Origin: an uncultured Pseudomonadales bacterium
Lineage (GTDB): Bacteria; Patescibacteriota; Microgenomatia; UBA1400; CAYXSR01
DNA length: 64,000 nucleotides
Assembly (NCBI GenBank): GCA_964467735.1
Contig: CAYXSR010000001.1
Location: 23,244-87,243, forward strand
Reading direction: 5' to 3'
Below are positions 18,639 to 28,469 of this stretch, one piece after another. Under the pieces are notes generated by a model, which saw only the letters and a program-made list of their open reading frames with translations, made no database searches and was not told the DNA's origin. The position numbers were made by a program, and so were the translations under genes. The first letter of the stretch is position 1, and every line of letters begins with the position of its first letter.

Positions 18639-20150
18639 CTACTTTGCCACTTCATTTATTCTAAGCTCTCTAATAACATTTACTTTTATTTGTCCTGGAT
18701 AAGTAAGTTCTTTCTCTAATTTTTCTTTTAAATCGTGGGCTAACTTAATTGTTTCTGTATCATTTACTTTTTCAGGATTAACAATCACTCTAACTTCACG
18801 TCCTGCTTGAATTGCAAAAGCATTTTGAACACCCTTAAATGTTTTAGCTGCATCTTCTATTTTCTTCAAGCGAGTTACATATTCTTCATAATCTTCATAT
18901 CGGGCACCAGGTCGACTACCAGAGATAGCATCAGCAATATAAACTAATATTGATTCTTTTGAGGAAAACGGTCTATCTTGATGATGTTCTGCTACACAAG
19001 CAATAACATCTTCTGGAATATTATACTTTCGCAAAAATTCAATTGCTACTTGAACATGAGTTCCTTCCTCCTCAGTTATAACCTTACCAATATCGTGAAG
19101 TAAACAACCTAATCTTACAATATTAACATTAGCTCCAACCTCATAGGCCAATTTTGTACCAATTTTTGTTTCTTCTAAAGTATGAGCAATCATATTTTGA
19201 CCATATGAGAAACGATATTTGAAACGACCTAACATTGCAATGATCTCTCTTGGTAAATTATAAACTTTAACTCTATGACATAAATCCTCTCCAGATTTAT
19301 ACATAATTTTTTCGATATCTTGTTTTGCTTTCTTGACAACTTCTTCTACTCTTGATGGTTGAATCCTTCCATCAATAATAAGTGTCTCTAGAGCTACTCT
19401 TGCTACCTCTCTTCTTACTGAATCAAAACTAGAAAGTCTAATTACTCCCTCTTCGTCTAAATCAACATCAACTCCAGTAACTTTTTCAAAAGTGCGAATA
19501 TTCCGACCTTCTTTACCAATTATTCTTCCTTTCATCTCTTCATCAGGAAGTTTAACCGTAGAAACAGTGTATTCTGGAACATAATCTGTAGCCCCATGCT
19601 TCATAGCATCAACTAGAATTTCTTTTGCCTTTACATCTGCTTCTTCTTTGGCTTTTTCTTCTGATTCTCTAATCTTCCGAGCAATTTCCGCTTGTAATTT
19701 ATTTTCCGTTGCTTCCAAAATTAATTTTTTCGCTTCTTCTCTTGTTAAATTAGCAGCTTTTTCTAATCTCTCTATTTGTTTTCGTTTTATTTTATCTAAC
19801 TCGCTTAATCTTCTTCTTAATTCACTTTCTCTTTTTTTCAATAAATTTTCTCTCTCTTCGATTGCCCCTGTTCTTCTGTCTATTTCAGCTTCTTTCTTAT
19901 CAAGTGTTTCTTTTAATTCAATTACTTCCTTCTGAATTTCTTTAGCTTTTATATCCGCTTCTCTTTTTATCTCAAAAGCTTTATCTTTCGCTTCTAAAAT
20001 AATTTCTCTAGCTTTAGTTTGAGTTAATTCTAATGATTTCTGAGAAATAACTGCTTTTTTTGGAAAAAAAGCTGAGGTTTTTTTCTTTATCTCTTTAGTT
20101 TCTTTTTTGCCATCACGAACCAGAAACGATAATCGATTTAAAAAAGACAT
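18639..20150 (-). CDS. rny: ribonuclease Y (N-terminal TM/coiled coil + KH + HD domains)
   Basis: KH motif IIGKEGRNIR. HD motif LLHDIGK. Long coiled-coil N-terminal region. Confidence 0.85.
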   Translation of the reverse strand: MSFLNRLSFLVRDGKKETKEIKKKTSAFFPKKAVISQKSLELTQTKAREIILEAKDKAFEIKREADIKAKEIQKEVIELKETLDKKEAEIDRRTGAIEERENLLKKRESELRRRLSELDKIKRKQIERLEKAANLTREEAKKLILEATENKLQAEIARKIRESEEKAKEEADVKAKEILVDAMKHGATDYVPEYTVSTVKLPDEEMKGRIIGKEGRNIRTFEKVTGVDVDLDEEGVIRLSSFDSVRREVARVALETLIIDGRIQPSRVEEVVKKAKQDIEKIMYKSGEDLCHRVKVYNLPREIIAMLGRFKYRFSYGQNMIAHTLEETKIGTKLAYEVGANVNIVRLGCLLHDIGKVITEEEGTHVQVAIEFLRKYNIPEDVIACVAEHHQDRPFSSKESILVYIADAISGSRPGARYEDYEEYVTRLKKIEDAAKTFKGVQNAFAIQAGREVRVIVNPEKVNDTETIKLAHDLKEKLEKELTYPGQIKVNVIRELRINEVAK

Positions 20151-20323
20151 AATTTTTCATCTTGCAGTTTACTACAACCACAAAAAGCCTCCACTTTTAC
20201 TAAAATATAGAAGGTGATAAACAACAATTAGCTGCCTAAAGAAGCACTTTCAAGTAAAAATAATTTGCTTGATTTGACAACCCATAATGGAAAATTATTG
20301 TCGAATATCACCATATTTATATT

Positions 20324-20797
20324 TTATCTTTTTTTAGTAAATTCGTCAATGAGGTTCCTAATAATCTTAAAATCAAAACCTCTATAGGCAAGAAAATTAA
20401 AAATCTTTTTTTTAAACTTTAATTTAGGCAAGTCTCTCCAATATATAATTTTCTTTTTTAATATCAATCTAGCTGATTCTTCCAGTTGTCTCTTGTCAAT
20501 TTCAGATAATTTCTGTTCAATAAGTTCTTTATCAATCCCTTTCTGTAGTAATTCTTGTCGAAGGACTCTTTTACCTTTCGGTTTTAAAATTAATCTTTGT
20601 TCAAACCACCAGTCAACAAACTTATTATCATTAATAAAATCAAGTTCTATAAATTTATGAATTATTTTTTTTATTTTAGACTCTAAACAATCTTTTTTCT
20701 TTAAATATTCAAAGAGTTCTTTTTTGGAACGAGGACGACGAGAAAGAAGTCTTAAAGCGTAATTATAAAATCTTTCTTCACCCTTTCTGTCTGACAT
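20324..20797 (-). CDS. recX: regulatory protein RecX
   Basis: Helical-repeat protein immediately downstream of, and overlapping, recA. N-terminal pattern YALRLLSRRPRSKKEL. Confidence 0.7.
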   Translation of the reverse strand: MSDRKGEERFYNYALRLLSRRPRSKKELFEYLKKKDCLESKIKKIIHKFIELDFINDNKFVDWWFEQRLILKPKGKRVLRQELLQKGIDKELIEQKLSEIDKRQLEESARLILKKKIIYWRDLPKLKFKKKIFNFLAYRGFDFKIIRNLIDEFTKKR

Positions 20798-21834
20798 TAA
20801 TCTTGTTTTTCACCGACTTCTTTAGGAATTTGTTGACCTGACTTTACTCTTTTCCAGATTTGTTCTTCTATTTCTTTAGCTAATTTTTCTTTTTCCTCTA
20901 AAATTGTTTTTACTGCTTCTCTACCTTGACCCAGAACTTCACCTTTATATTTGAAAAAAGAACCTGATTTTTCAATTACTTTCATCTCTACACCAACATC
21001 AAGTAAACCACCAGATTTAGAAATTCCACCAACATTCATAATATCGAACTCTGCTACTCTAAAAGGGGGAGCAACTTTATTCTTTACTATTTTTACTCGA
21101 TGACGACTACCAATCACTTTGTCACTCTCGGTGATATTTCCAATTTTTCTTGCGTCTAAACGAACTGAGGAATAAAATTTCAAAGCTTGACCGCCAGCAG
21201 TAGTCTCTGGATTACCAAATAAAACACCAATTTTCATTCTAATTTGATTAGTAAAGATCATCGTCGTTTTTGATTTACTGATTGCTCCAGCTAATTTTCT
21301 CATTGCTTGACTCATTAAACGAGCTTGAACTCCTATCATAGCATCACCCATCTCACCCTCAATTTCTGCTTTCGGTACCAAAGCTGCTACCGAATCAACG
21401 ACAATCACATCGACAGCATTGGAACGAATTAATGTTTCAGTTATTTCTAATGCCTGTTCACCTGTATCCGGCTGAGAAATAAGTAATTCATCAAGGTTGA
21501 CACCAATTGACTCTGCCCTTGTTGGATCTAAAGCGTGTTCAGCATCAATAAAAGCAGCTGTCCCACCTTTTTTTTGTGCTTCAGCGATTACGTGTAAACA
21601 AATTGTTGTTTTTCCTGACGCTTCAGGACCATAAACTTCCGTAATTCTTCCCCGCGGTAAACCACCAACTCCCAAAGCTAAATCTAAAGGGACTGCACCA
21701 GTAGGAATAACTTCAACCTTAAGACTTTGTGAAGAATCACCTAACTTCATTATTGAACCCTTACCATACTGCTTCTCTATCTGTTCCATTGCCATCTTAA
21801 TCGCTTCTAATTTTGGGTCACTCGACTTATTCAT
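20797..21834 (-). CDS. recA: recombinase RecA
   Basis: GPEASGKTT Walker A, plus L1/L2 loops. Full-length match to RecA. Confidence 0.95.
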   Translation of the reverse strand: MNKSSDPKLEAIKMAMEQIEKQYGKGSIMKLGDSSQSLKVEVIPTGAVPLDLALGVGGLPRGRITEVYGPEASGKTTICLHVIAEAQKKGGTAAFIDAEHALDPTRAESIGVNLDELLISQPDTGEQALEITETLIRSNAVDVIVVDSVAALVPKAEIEGEMGDAMIGVQARLMSQAMRKLAGAISKSKTTMIFTNQIRMKIGVLFGNPETTAGGQALKFYSSVRLDARKIGNITESDKVIGSRHRVKIVKNKVAPPFRVAEFDIMNVGGISKSGGLLDVGVEMKVIEKSGSFFKYKGEVLGQGREAVKTILEEKEKLAKEIEEQIWKRVKSGQQIPKEVGEKQD

Positions 21835-21915
21835 CTGTCCTCCTTTTTATTTTTAAACTGCTTAAACTTTCCTTAAATTGTTACATACTCTATGTTAAAA
21901 TACAAGCGAACTATT

Positions 21916-21988
21916 CGGGGTGTAGCGCAGTTGGTAGCGCGCACGCATGGGGTGCGTGAGGTCGCCGGTTCAAATCCGGCCACCCCGA
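21916..21988 (+). tRNA. tRNA-Pro (anticodon GGG)
   Basis: CGGGGTG/CACCCCG acceptor with C1:G72, AGTTGGTA D-loop, TTCAAAT T-loop. Anticodon loop A-U-GGG-G-U with G37. Confidence 0.8.
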
Positions 21989-22056
21989 CAATCGCAAAAT
22001 CGTCATATTCGTCTTCTAAATATGGTTTAATTGTTCTATTTTAATAAATATTTGGT

Positions 22057-22085
22057 TTGACAGAGGAAATCAAAAGTGATATATT
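22057..22085 (+). promoter_or_regulatory. near-consensus sigma70 promoter TTGACA-N17-TATATT, followed by tandem TGATATATTA repeat
   Basis: TTGACA at 22057-22062, 17-nt spacer, TATATT at 22080-22085. AGGAAG Shine-Dalgarno 9 nt before the ATG at 22134. Confidence 0.55.
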
Positions 22086-22133
22086 ATGATATATTAATAA
22101 GCATTATCTTCTTTGAAAAGGAAGAAATAAACA

Positions 22134-22469
22134 ATGACAAACTTTCAAGAATGGGCAACTATATTGTCACCTGAAGAAACCTCCCTTTTAACAGCTCAAC
22201 TAGGGGTAGAGGCTCTAACCGCCGAAGCTATTGCCGCCGCCATAGGTGCGCAGATAGGAATTGATTTATCTATTGTATTGTTCTCAGGTCCTAATCGTGA
22301 AGGACGAACTAGCTTTAATATTTTGGATACCACTCATGTAATAATTGGATCCCTTGAGTTGGGTACACCCGGTCCATTTGGCCAATCAGTTTTTGTTAGC
22401 GATTTTCCTGGCTTAAGTCCTCTATTAGCTCCAGCCGCTGCTCAATTTTTTAATCTTGATACTAAATAA
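22134..22469 (+). CDS. hypothetical protein (Ala/Gly-rich, compositionally atypical, no recognisable family)
   Basis: 111-aa ORF with good SD and a strong promoter. Locally GC-rich codons (GCC/GCG) unlike neighbours. Confidence 0.45.
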   Translation: MTNFQEWATILSPEETSLLTAQLGVEALTAEAIAAAIGAQIGIDLSIVLFSGPNREGRTSFNILDTTHVIIGSLELGTPGPFGQSVFVSDFPGLSPLLAPAAAQFFNLDTK

Positions 22470-22494
22470 TCCTGTAGGTAATCATTTTTTATTC

Positions 22495-22523
22495 TTGCAA
22501 GTTGGCAATTGCCTCACTAGAAT
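22495..22523 (+). promoter_or_regulatory. promoter TTGCAA-N17-TAGAAT whose spacer contains the perfect palindrome GGCAATTGCC (candidate operator)
   Basis: TTGCAA at 22495-22500, TAGAAT at 22518-22523, palindrome at 22504-22513, upstream of the tspO-like gene. Confidence 0.45.
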
Positions 22524-22561
22524 AAACTAAGAAGTTTAATAAATTATTTTCTAACTAAGAA

Positions 22562-23029
22562 ATGGAAATATTATCAATTCTTATTACTTTGATTGCACTA
22601 TCGGCAACGTTCATAAGCAGCCTTATTGCTCAAAATAGTAATACTACCTGGTATAAAAATACTCAATTACCTTTTTGGACCCCTCCAGCCGAGACAATAA
22701 ATCAAATTTGGTTTTTCATTATTGTTTGCACATTTGTTTCAGCAATCATTGTTTGGAATAAATCACACCATGATAAAAAACTATGGCAAGTGATGACTGG
22801 ATTTATCATCAGTGCTGTTTTGAATATTTTTTGGGGCTATCTTTTTACTAATCAACAATTAATGGAAATTGCTTTAATAGAAGCAGGTATGTTAAATATA
22901 ACAATAATTTCTTTAATTTTTTTAATCTGGTCGATTTCGAAATTAGCCGCTATTCTTCTTCTACCGTATGCTGGTTGGGCAGTATTTATTGCTTATTCTG
23001 CTTATAACCTTTGGCTTATAAATCAATAA
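22562..23029 (+). CDS. tspO: TspO/MBR-family tryptophan-rich sensory protein
   Basis: 155 aa with 5 TM helices. LPFWTPPAETINQIWFFIIV matches the TspO motif (SWAPP...VW...Y). C-terminal LLLPYAGWAVFIAYSAYNLWLIN matches LPYL.W..FA..LN..IW.LN. Confidence 0.75.
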   Translation: MEILSILITLIALSATFISSLIAQNSNTTWYKNTQLPFWTPPAETINQIWFFIIVCTFVSAIIVWNKSHHDKKLWQVMTGFIISAVLNIFWGYLFTNQQLMEIALIEAGMLNITIISLIFLIWSISKLAAILLLPYAGWAVFIAYSAYNLWLINQ

Positions 23030-23040
23030 TGAAGATAGTT

Positions 23041-23499
23041 TTAACGTTTTGGAGATTGTTTCTTTCTTCTTGCCTTACCGCCAGTGCCTACTTTTCTTCT
23101 CTCTTTCATCCGAGAATCTCGAGTAAGAAAACCTTTTTTCTTTAAAATAGGTTTGTATTTTTCTTCGTCTAATTTCACTAAAACCCTAGAAATACCATGA
23201 ACTACTGCCTCGAGTTGTCCTTTCTTTCCAGAACCTTCAACTTTGGCAGTAATTAAATATTTATCAACAATATTACATGTTCTTAAAGGACTAAGATAAA
23301 ACTTTTTTAACACTTCTCCAGGAAAATATTCTTCTATTGGTTTATTATTAATTAAAATTTTTCCTTTTTTCTTAGGAAAAAGTCTTACTCTAGCAATTGC
23401 TTTTTTTCTCCGTCCCACTGCCCAAACATATGAATTACTAGCTTTATTTTTTGTCTTTGTTGATGTTTTAGACGGTTTTGATAGTTTTTTAGTTTTCAT
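23041..23499 (-). CDS. rpsI: 30S ribosomal protein S9 (with Lys-rich N-terminal extension)
   Basis: YVWAVGRRKKAIARVRL core. Confidence 0.9.
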   Translation of the reverse strand: MKTKKLSKPSKTSTKTKNKASNSYVWAVGRRKKAIARVRLFPKKKGKILINNKPIEEYFPGEVLKKFYLSPLRTCNIVDKYLITAKVEGSGKKGQLEAVVHGISRVLVKLDEEKYKPILKKKGFLTRDSRMKERRKVGTGGKARRKKQSPKR

Positions 23500-23915
23500 T
23501 TTGCTCTAAATTTATCTTTATAATCGTGCTCTTCTCCGGGAAAAACTTTTAATCTTGCCATTCTTTCGTCTTGTAATTTATTTTTTGGTAACATACCTCT
23601 AACGGCCATCGAAATTACTTTCCTTGAATCTTTTTTCATTTGTTGATCAAAACTGACTTCTTTAAAACCTCCCGGATAGTTAGAATGGCTATAATAAATC
23701 TTGTTTTTTCTTTTCTTTCCAGTAACTTGAATTTTATCGCTATTGATTACTACTACGTAATCACCGCAATCCAAATGAGGAATAAAATAAGATTTATTTT
23801 TCCCTATCAGTAGTTGGGCTATTTCTGTTGCTACTCTACCCAATACTTTTCCTTTAACATCAATTAAATGCCATGCTCGTTGAATATCTTTGGTTGTTGT
23901 GTTGTAAGTCTTCAT
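23496..23915 (-). CDS. rplM: 50S ribosomal protein L13
   Basis: WHLIDVKGKVLGRVATEIAQLLIGK. Confidence 0.9.
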   Translation of the reverse strand: MKTYNTTTKDIQRAWHLIDVKGKVLGRVATEIAQLLIGKNKSYFIPHLDCGDYVVVINSDKIQVTGKKRKNKIYYSHSNYPGGFKEVSFDQQMKKDSRKVISMAVRGMLPKNKLQDERMARLKVFPGEEHDYKDKFRAK

Positions 23916-23928
23916 TTTGTATTCTTCT

Positions 23929-24336
23929 TCATTTCTTTACTTTTTTAGTAACTTTATCCCCCTCTGGAGTCTCTGTCTTTTTGGACTCTGCCCATTTAAG
24001 CCTAACCATCATCGCATCATCACCTTTTCTTTTTCCTAACCGAATCATTTTTACAGAACCACCAGATCTTTTTTTAAAACGTGGAGCAATCTCTTCAAAT
24101 AATTTATTTGCTACCTTTTTGTGAGGTAAAAAAGATAGTAATTGTCTTTTAGTATGAAGATTGCCTTCTTTTGCCTTAGAAATTAATCTATCCACTAATC
24201 CTTTAATTGTTTTTCCTTTAGCAATTGTTGTCTCTATTTTTTCATGAATAATCAACGATTCTATTAAACCTCTAAATAAGGCTTTTCTCTGGTTAGTATT
24301 ACGACCGAATTTTCTAAATTTTTTACTGTGACTCAT
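23929..24336 (-). CDS. rplQ: 50S ribosomal protein L17
   Basis: KFGRNTNQRKALFRGL...HEKIETT. Confidence 0.9.
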   Translation of the reverse strand: MSHSKKFRKFGRNTNQRKALFRGLIESLIIHEKIETTIAKGKTIKGLVDRLISKAKEGNLHTKRQLLSFLPHKKVANKLFEEIAPRFKKRSGGSVKMIRLGKRKGDDAMMVRLKWAESKKTETPEGDKVTKKVKK

Positions 24337-25252
24337 CGCTAAAATTTACCCCTTTTGATTTTAATCTTTTTCTTATAATATCAATAGATTTCTTACCTAA
24401 GTTTTTAACACTAGCTACTTTTAAAGATTCTTCTTTAGTTAAGTCTCCTACAGTCTTATAGCCTCCTTTTCTTAAAGCATTGACTATTCTTGTTGGTAAA
24501 TTTATTTCTTCTAATGTAAGTGATAAAATTTCATGATTTTCTGGTTTCTCGTCTGATTCTTCTTTCACTTCTTTTTCAAAAACAGGGTTATAAACCTGTT
24601 TAAAGAAACTTACTAAAACTTTAGCCGCTCTATCCAATGCTACTCTTGGTTTTAAAGAACCATTGGTCCAGATTTCTAAAATTAATTTATCAAAATCTGT
24701 TCTTCTACCAACACGAGTAGAATCAATTTTGGTGTTTATTTTAACTATTGGTGAAAACGCCGCATCTACAGGTATAACGCCTAAAACTGTTGACTTTCTT
24801 TCTTCTGCTGGAGAATAACCAACTCCTGTACCAACTATAAATTCAACATCTAGTTTTGCTTTCTTGTCAGTTAAATTGGTTAAAACTAAATCTTTATTAA
24901 TAATTTTTACATTTGCAGGAGTTTTTATATCTCTAGCAGTTACTTTTTTTGATCCTCTAACTGATAAATTCAATTTAACCTCTTCTTCTTTGTCATAAGC
25001 AATATCTATTTGTTTCACATTTAAAATAAACTCTACTATGTCTTCTTTCATTCCCTCCATTGTGGAGAATGGGTGAGTGACACCTTCTATTTTTAATTGT
25101 TTTATAGCTGCTCCCTGAAGATTAGTTAAAAGAGTTCTTCTTAAGGCATTTCCAACAGTAGTACCAAAACCCTGTTGTAATGGTTCAAAAACAAATTTGC
25201 CATAGTCCTTTTCTTCTTTAATAGCTTTTATTTTGAAAAATGGTTTATTCAT
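24323..25252 (-). CDS. rpoA: DNA-directed RNA polymerase subunit alpha
   Basis: N-terminal dimerisation domain (GFGTTVGNALRR) and C-terminal domain. Confidence 0.9.
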   Translation of the reverse strand: MNKPFFKIKAIKEEKDYGKFVFEPLQQGFGTTVGNALRRTLLTNLQGAAIKQLKIEGVTHPFSTMEGMKEDIVEFILNVKQIDIAYDKEEEVKLNLSVRGSKKVTARDIKTPANVKIINKDLVLTNLTDKKAKLDVEFIVGTGVGYSPAEERKSTVLGVIPVDAAFSPIVKINTKIDSTRVGRRTDFDKLILEIWTNGSLKPRVALDRAAKVLVSFFKQVYNPVFEKEVKEESDEKPENHEILSLTLEEINLPTRIVNALRKGGYKTVGDLTKEESLKVASVKNLGKKSIDIIRKRLKSKGVNFSDESQ

Positions 25253-25276
25253 AATTTCTCCTTTTTTCTTTAAAAA

Positions 25277-25897
25277 TTAACGAGAATAAAACTCGATTAT
25301 TAATGTTTCATTAATATCCTCAACTACATCATCCCTTGTTGGTAATCTATCAACCTTTAAAACTACCGCTTTTCTTTTTAACCAAGCAGGTAAATTGACT
25401 TCTGATTTTGAATTTTTTAAAACGCTATCTAACTTTAAACCTTTTTCATTTAAAGTAATTACATCATCCTTTCTTGTTTGATAAGAAGGAATTGTTACCT
25501 TTTTATTATTAATTAAACAAAAACCATGAGTTATTAACTGACGAGCAGCTGCCCGCGAACTAGCTAAACCTCCACGAAAAACTACATTATCTAATCGTCT
25601 CTCCAAAAGTTGTAAAAATTTTTCTCCTGTATTCCCAGTTACACTAAGAGCTTTCTCAAAGTAATTTTTAAATTGCCTTTCTTGAACTCCATATAGTCTT
25701 TTAACTTTTTGTTTTTCTCTTAACTGAGTCCCATATTCAGATAAATTTCTTGATCGCTTATAACCATGTTGTCCTGGTGGAACTGCTCCTTTTCTAGCTA
25801 TAGGACATTTTGGAGAATAACATCTTGAGCCCTTCAAGAAAAGCTTCATTCCTTCCCTTCTGCATAAACGACATTTTGCATCTATATATCTTGCCAT
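25277..25897 (-). CDS. rpsD: 30S ribosomal protein S4
   Basis: MARYIDAKCRLCRREG zinc-finger N-terminus plus S4 domain. Confidence 0.9.
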   Translation of the reverse strand: MARYIDAKCRLCRREGMKLFLKGSRCYSPKCPIARKGAVPPGQHGYKRSRNLSEYGTQLREKQKVKRLYGVQERQFKNYFEKALSVTGNTGEKFLQLLERRLDNVVFRGGLASSRAAARQLITHGFCLINNKKVTIPSYQTRKDDVITLNEKGLKLDSVLKNSKSEVNLPAWLKRKAVVLKVDRLPTRDDVVEDINETLIIEFYSR

Positions 25898-25898
25898 T

Positions 25899-26309
25899 TT
25901 ATCCTCTCTTACGTTTCTTTGGCCGACAACCGTTATGAGGGATTGGTGTCACGTCAGCAATCATTAATATTTTAATACCGCTTGTTCTTAAAACTCTTAA
26001 AGCCGCATCTCTTCCTGGACCTGGACCTTTTATAAATACCTTAGCGCTTGTCATACCTAAATTTTTAGCTTTTTTTATTGCTGATTCAATTGCTGATGTA
26101 GCAGCAAAAGGAGTAGACTTCCTTGAGCCCTTAAAACCAACAGTACCGGTTGTTGCCCAACAAACTACCTCCCCTTTGTCATTAGTAATTGTCGCTAGAG
26201 TATTATTAAAAGTCGCTGTAATATAAACTTTTCCCTGATTTATTTTAATGGGTTCTTTTTTAACTTTTTTAACAACTACCTCTTTTTTAATATTTTTTTT
26301 ATCGGTCAT
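25899..26309 (-). CDS. rpsK: 30S ribosomal protein S11
   Basis: GTVGFKGSRKSTPFAA, PGPGRDAALR. Confidence 0.9.
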   Translation of the reverse strand: MTDKKNIKKEVVVKKVKKEPIKINQGKVYITATFNNTLATITNDKGEVVCWATTGTVGFKGSRKSTPFAATSAIESAIKKAKNLGMTSAKVFIKGPGPGRDAALRVLRTSGIKILMIADVTPIPHNGCRPKKRKRG

Positions 26310-26317
26310 CTTTCCCC

Positions 26318-26725
26318 TTATTTAGTTTCTTTTTTATTACCTTCTAACTTTTGTAACATGTCTTTTTTCATCGCTCCAATTGTTACTCTTTTTCCTCTTT
26401 TCGTACGAGCATTAGAACGAGTCCTTTGTCCTCTTACTGGTAGTCTCGCTGCATGTCGATGTCCACGATAACTACCAATCTGTTTTATTCTTTTAATATT
26501 TTCTGAAACTATTTTCCTTAAAGCGCCTTCTGTGGGATATTTTTCTATTGCTTTTTGAATATTAGAAATTTCTTCTTCAGATAGATCTTTTGCTCTTTTA
26601 TCAGGATCTACCTTTGATTTTTCTAAAACTAGACTGGCCTTACTGGGACCAATACCATAAATATATCTTAAAGCAAATTTAATTTTCTTTTTTTCTGGAA
26701 TTTCTACCCCTACAATTCTAACCAT
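26318..26725 (-). CDS. rpsM: 30S ribosomal protein S13
   Basis: MVRIVGVEIP...YGIG...YRGHRH. Confidence 0.9.
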   Translation of the reverse strand: MVRIVGVEIPEKKKIKFALRYIYGIGPSKASLVLEKSKVDPDKRAKDLSEEEISNIQKAIEKYPTEGALRKIVSENIKRIKQIGSYRGHRHAARLPVRGQRTRSNARTKRGKRVTIGAMKKDMLQKLEGNKKETK

Positions 26726-26727
26726 TT

Positions 26728-26841
26728 TTATCCTTGTCTTTGTTTATGCCTTTTATTGTCACAAACAACATGAACACGCCCTCTGCGCTTCACTATCTTA
26801 CATTTCTTGCATCGTTTTTTCACTGAAGCCTGTACTTTCAT
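26728..26841 (-). CDS. rpmJ: 50S ribosomal protein L36 (zinc-ribbon form)
   Basis: Own translation of the reverse strand: [37 protein letters not shown]. Not in the ORF track (below size cutoff). Confidence 0.85.
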   Translation of the reverse strand: MKVQASVKKRCKKCKIVKRRGRVHVVCDNKRHKQRQG

Positions 26842-26846
26842 ATTAT

Positions 26847-27068
26847 TTATTTTTCCCTATATATTATTCGTCCTTTTGTTTCGTCATAAGGACTCATCTC
26901 TACTTTAACTTTATCACCTGGTAAAACTCTAATATGATTGAGTCTCATTTTCCCCGCTAAATGACACAGTATCACCCTTTCTTCACCTTCAAGTTTTACC
27001 CTAAACATTATATTTGGCAAAGCCTCAATTATTTCTCCTTGAACAACAGTAGTTTCAGTCTTCTCCAT
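26847..27068 (-). CDS. infA: translation initiation factor IF-1
   Basis: 73-aa S1-like OB fold, [22 protein letters not shown]. Confidence 0.9.
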   Translation of the reverse strand: MEKTETTVVQGEIIEALPNIMFRVKLEGEERVILCHLAGKMRLNHIRVLPGDKVKVEMSPYDETKGRIIYREK

Positions 27069-27132
27069 AAATAGACAATTTCTCCTTTTTGAACAATACT
27101 TATTTTAACAAAAAAATAGCCTGTTTACAAGG

Positions 27133-27900
27133 CTAAAAAGGTAGTTTTGTTAAAACTACCGGTCTATTTTTGCTTATAACAATTGTTTCTTCAAAAACTG
27201 CCGATATTTTACCATCTTTAGTCTTAATTGTCCATCCATCTTTTGGGTTCATAATTAACTCTGGTTCTCCTTGAGTATAAATAACCTCAATTGCTAACGT
27301 CATTCCCTTTTTAAAAATAGGTGTTTCATCTATTGGCTTATTTAAGATGCAAGGAATTGTTGGTTCTTCATGTAAATTCCTTCCAATACCATGCCCAGTT
27401 AAATTACGAGCGCAATTATAACCATTTTTCTCAATTACTTCTTGTATCTTTTGGGAAATATTACCAACTCTATTACCATCTTTTGCTTCTTTTTCTGCTA
27501 ATTTTAAAGCTTTTTTACCTGTTTCTAAAAATTTTTCAATTCCTTTATCTTTTTTGTTTGAAATAAAAATTGTCCCACTCATGTCAGTATGAAAACCCTT
27601 ATAAAACAAACCAATATCAATATTTAAGACATCCTTGTTTTTTAAAAAATAGTCTTTTGGAACACCGTGAACAACTTCATCATTAATATTAAGACAAGTT
27701 GCCCAGTGATAATTTGGTACCTTCATAAATCCAGGCTCACCACCACTTTCTTTGATTAATCGAACTGCTTTAGATTCTAGCTCTAAAAGATTAATGCCTT
27801 CTTTAGCAAAATTAAATAATTCAACTAAGATAGCTGATAATTTCTTTCCTCCTTCTTTCATAATCTGGAGTTGCCTGGGACTTTTAATTAAATTGTTCAT
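27133..27900 (-). CDS. map: type I methionine aminopeptidase
   Basis: Pita-bread fold, 255 aa, metal ligands present (D...D...H...E...E). Confidence 0.9.
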   Translation of the reverse strand: MNNLIKSPRQLQIMKEGGKKLSAILVELFNFAKEGINLLELESKAVRLIKESGGEPGFMKVPNYHWATCLNINDEVVHGVPKDYFLKNKDVLNIDIGLFYKGFHTDMSGTIFISNKKDKGIEKFLETGKKALKLAEKEAKDGNRVGNISQKIQEVIEKNGYNCARNLTGHGIGRNLHEEPTIPCILNKPIDETPIFKKGMTLAIEVIYTQGEPELIMNPKDGWTIKTKDGKISAVFEETIVISKNRPVVLTKLPF

Positions 27901-28469
27901 TTGGGATTCTTTAAGAAGCCTTCTAATTCTCCATGAAGTTTTTTAACAGAACTGTTATTTTGAATCAAATAATCAGCAATTGCAATCGGTCCGCCTTTGT
28001 GTAAATTGACTAATTCTGCTATATCTCTTTCTATAGCTTTTTTAGGATTCAAGCTCCTAATTTTTCTTTTAAATAACCTTTTGTATCTTACCTCTGGACG
28101 AGCGTAAATGCATAAAAGAATAAGTTTGGGAAATTTTTTCTTAAGAAAAAGGTATTCCTCCCAAGAATAAAGACCATCTAGAGCAATTTTTTTATTTTCC
28201 TTCAAGGTGTTTTTAATTCTTGGTTCGATTTTTACAGCATAAGCTTCCATTCCGTATCTCTTTCTCAAATCTTCTCTGTATTTTCTTTCGTTATCTTCGG
28301 TTAATGGTAAACCTAATTCTTTTAAACCAATGTCTGTTTGATCGCCAAAGCGTAAAACAGCAAAACCTTTTTTCTTAAGAAATTCACAAGCAGAACTTTT
28401 ACCAGCTCCTGCCATTCCCACAATAGCAATAATTTGGGAAATTTTATTTTTTTTATTTCTCTGATTCAT
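27897..28469 (-). CDS. P-loop nucleotide/nucleoside kinase of uncertain specificity (CoaE/cytidylate-kinase-like)
   Basis: Walker A IVGMAGAGKSS, 190 aa. Sits between adk and map inside the spc operon. Confidence 0.5.
   Translation of the reverse strand: MNQRNKKNKISQIIAIVGMAGAGKSSACEFLKKKGFAVLRFGDQTDIGLKELGLPLTEDNERKYREDLRKRYGMEAYAVKIEPRIKNTLKENKKIALDGLYSWEEYLFLKKKFPKLILLCIYARPEVRYKRLFKRKIRSLNPKKAIERDIAELVNLHKGGPIAIADYLIQNNSSVKKLHGELEGFLKNPK

Noticed and set aside
20151-20323. 173-nt spacer between recX and rny scanned for an ncRNA or riboswitch
   Set aside because: AT-rich, with no compositional or structural signal beyond a plausible rny promoter and leader.
21835-22133. Possible genomic island or integration at tRNA-Pro
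   Set aside because: No integrase, direct repeat of the tRNA 3' end, or phage genes are seen. Only a single odd ORF follows, so the island interpretation is weak.
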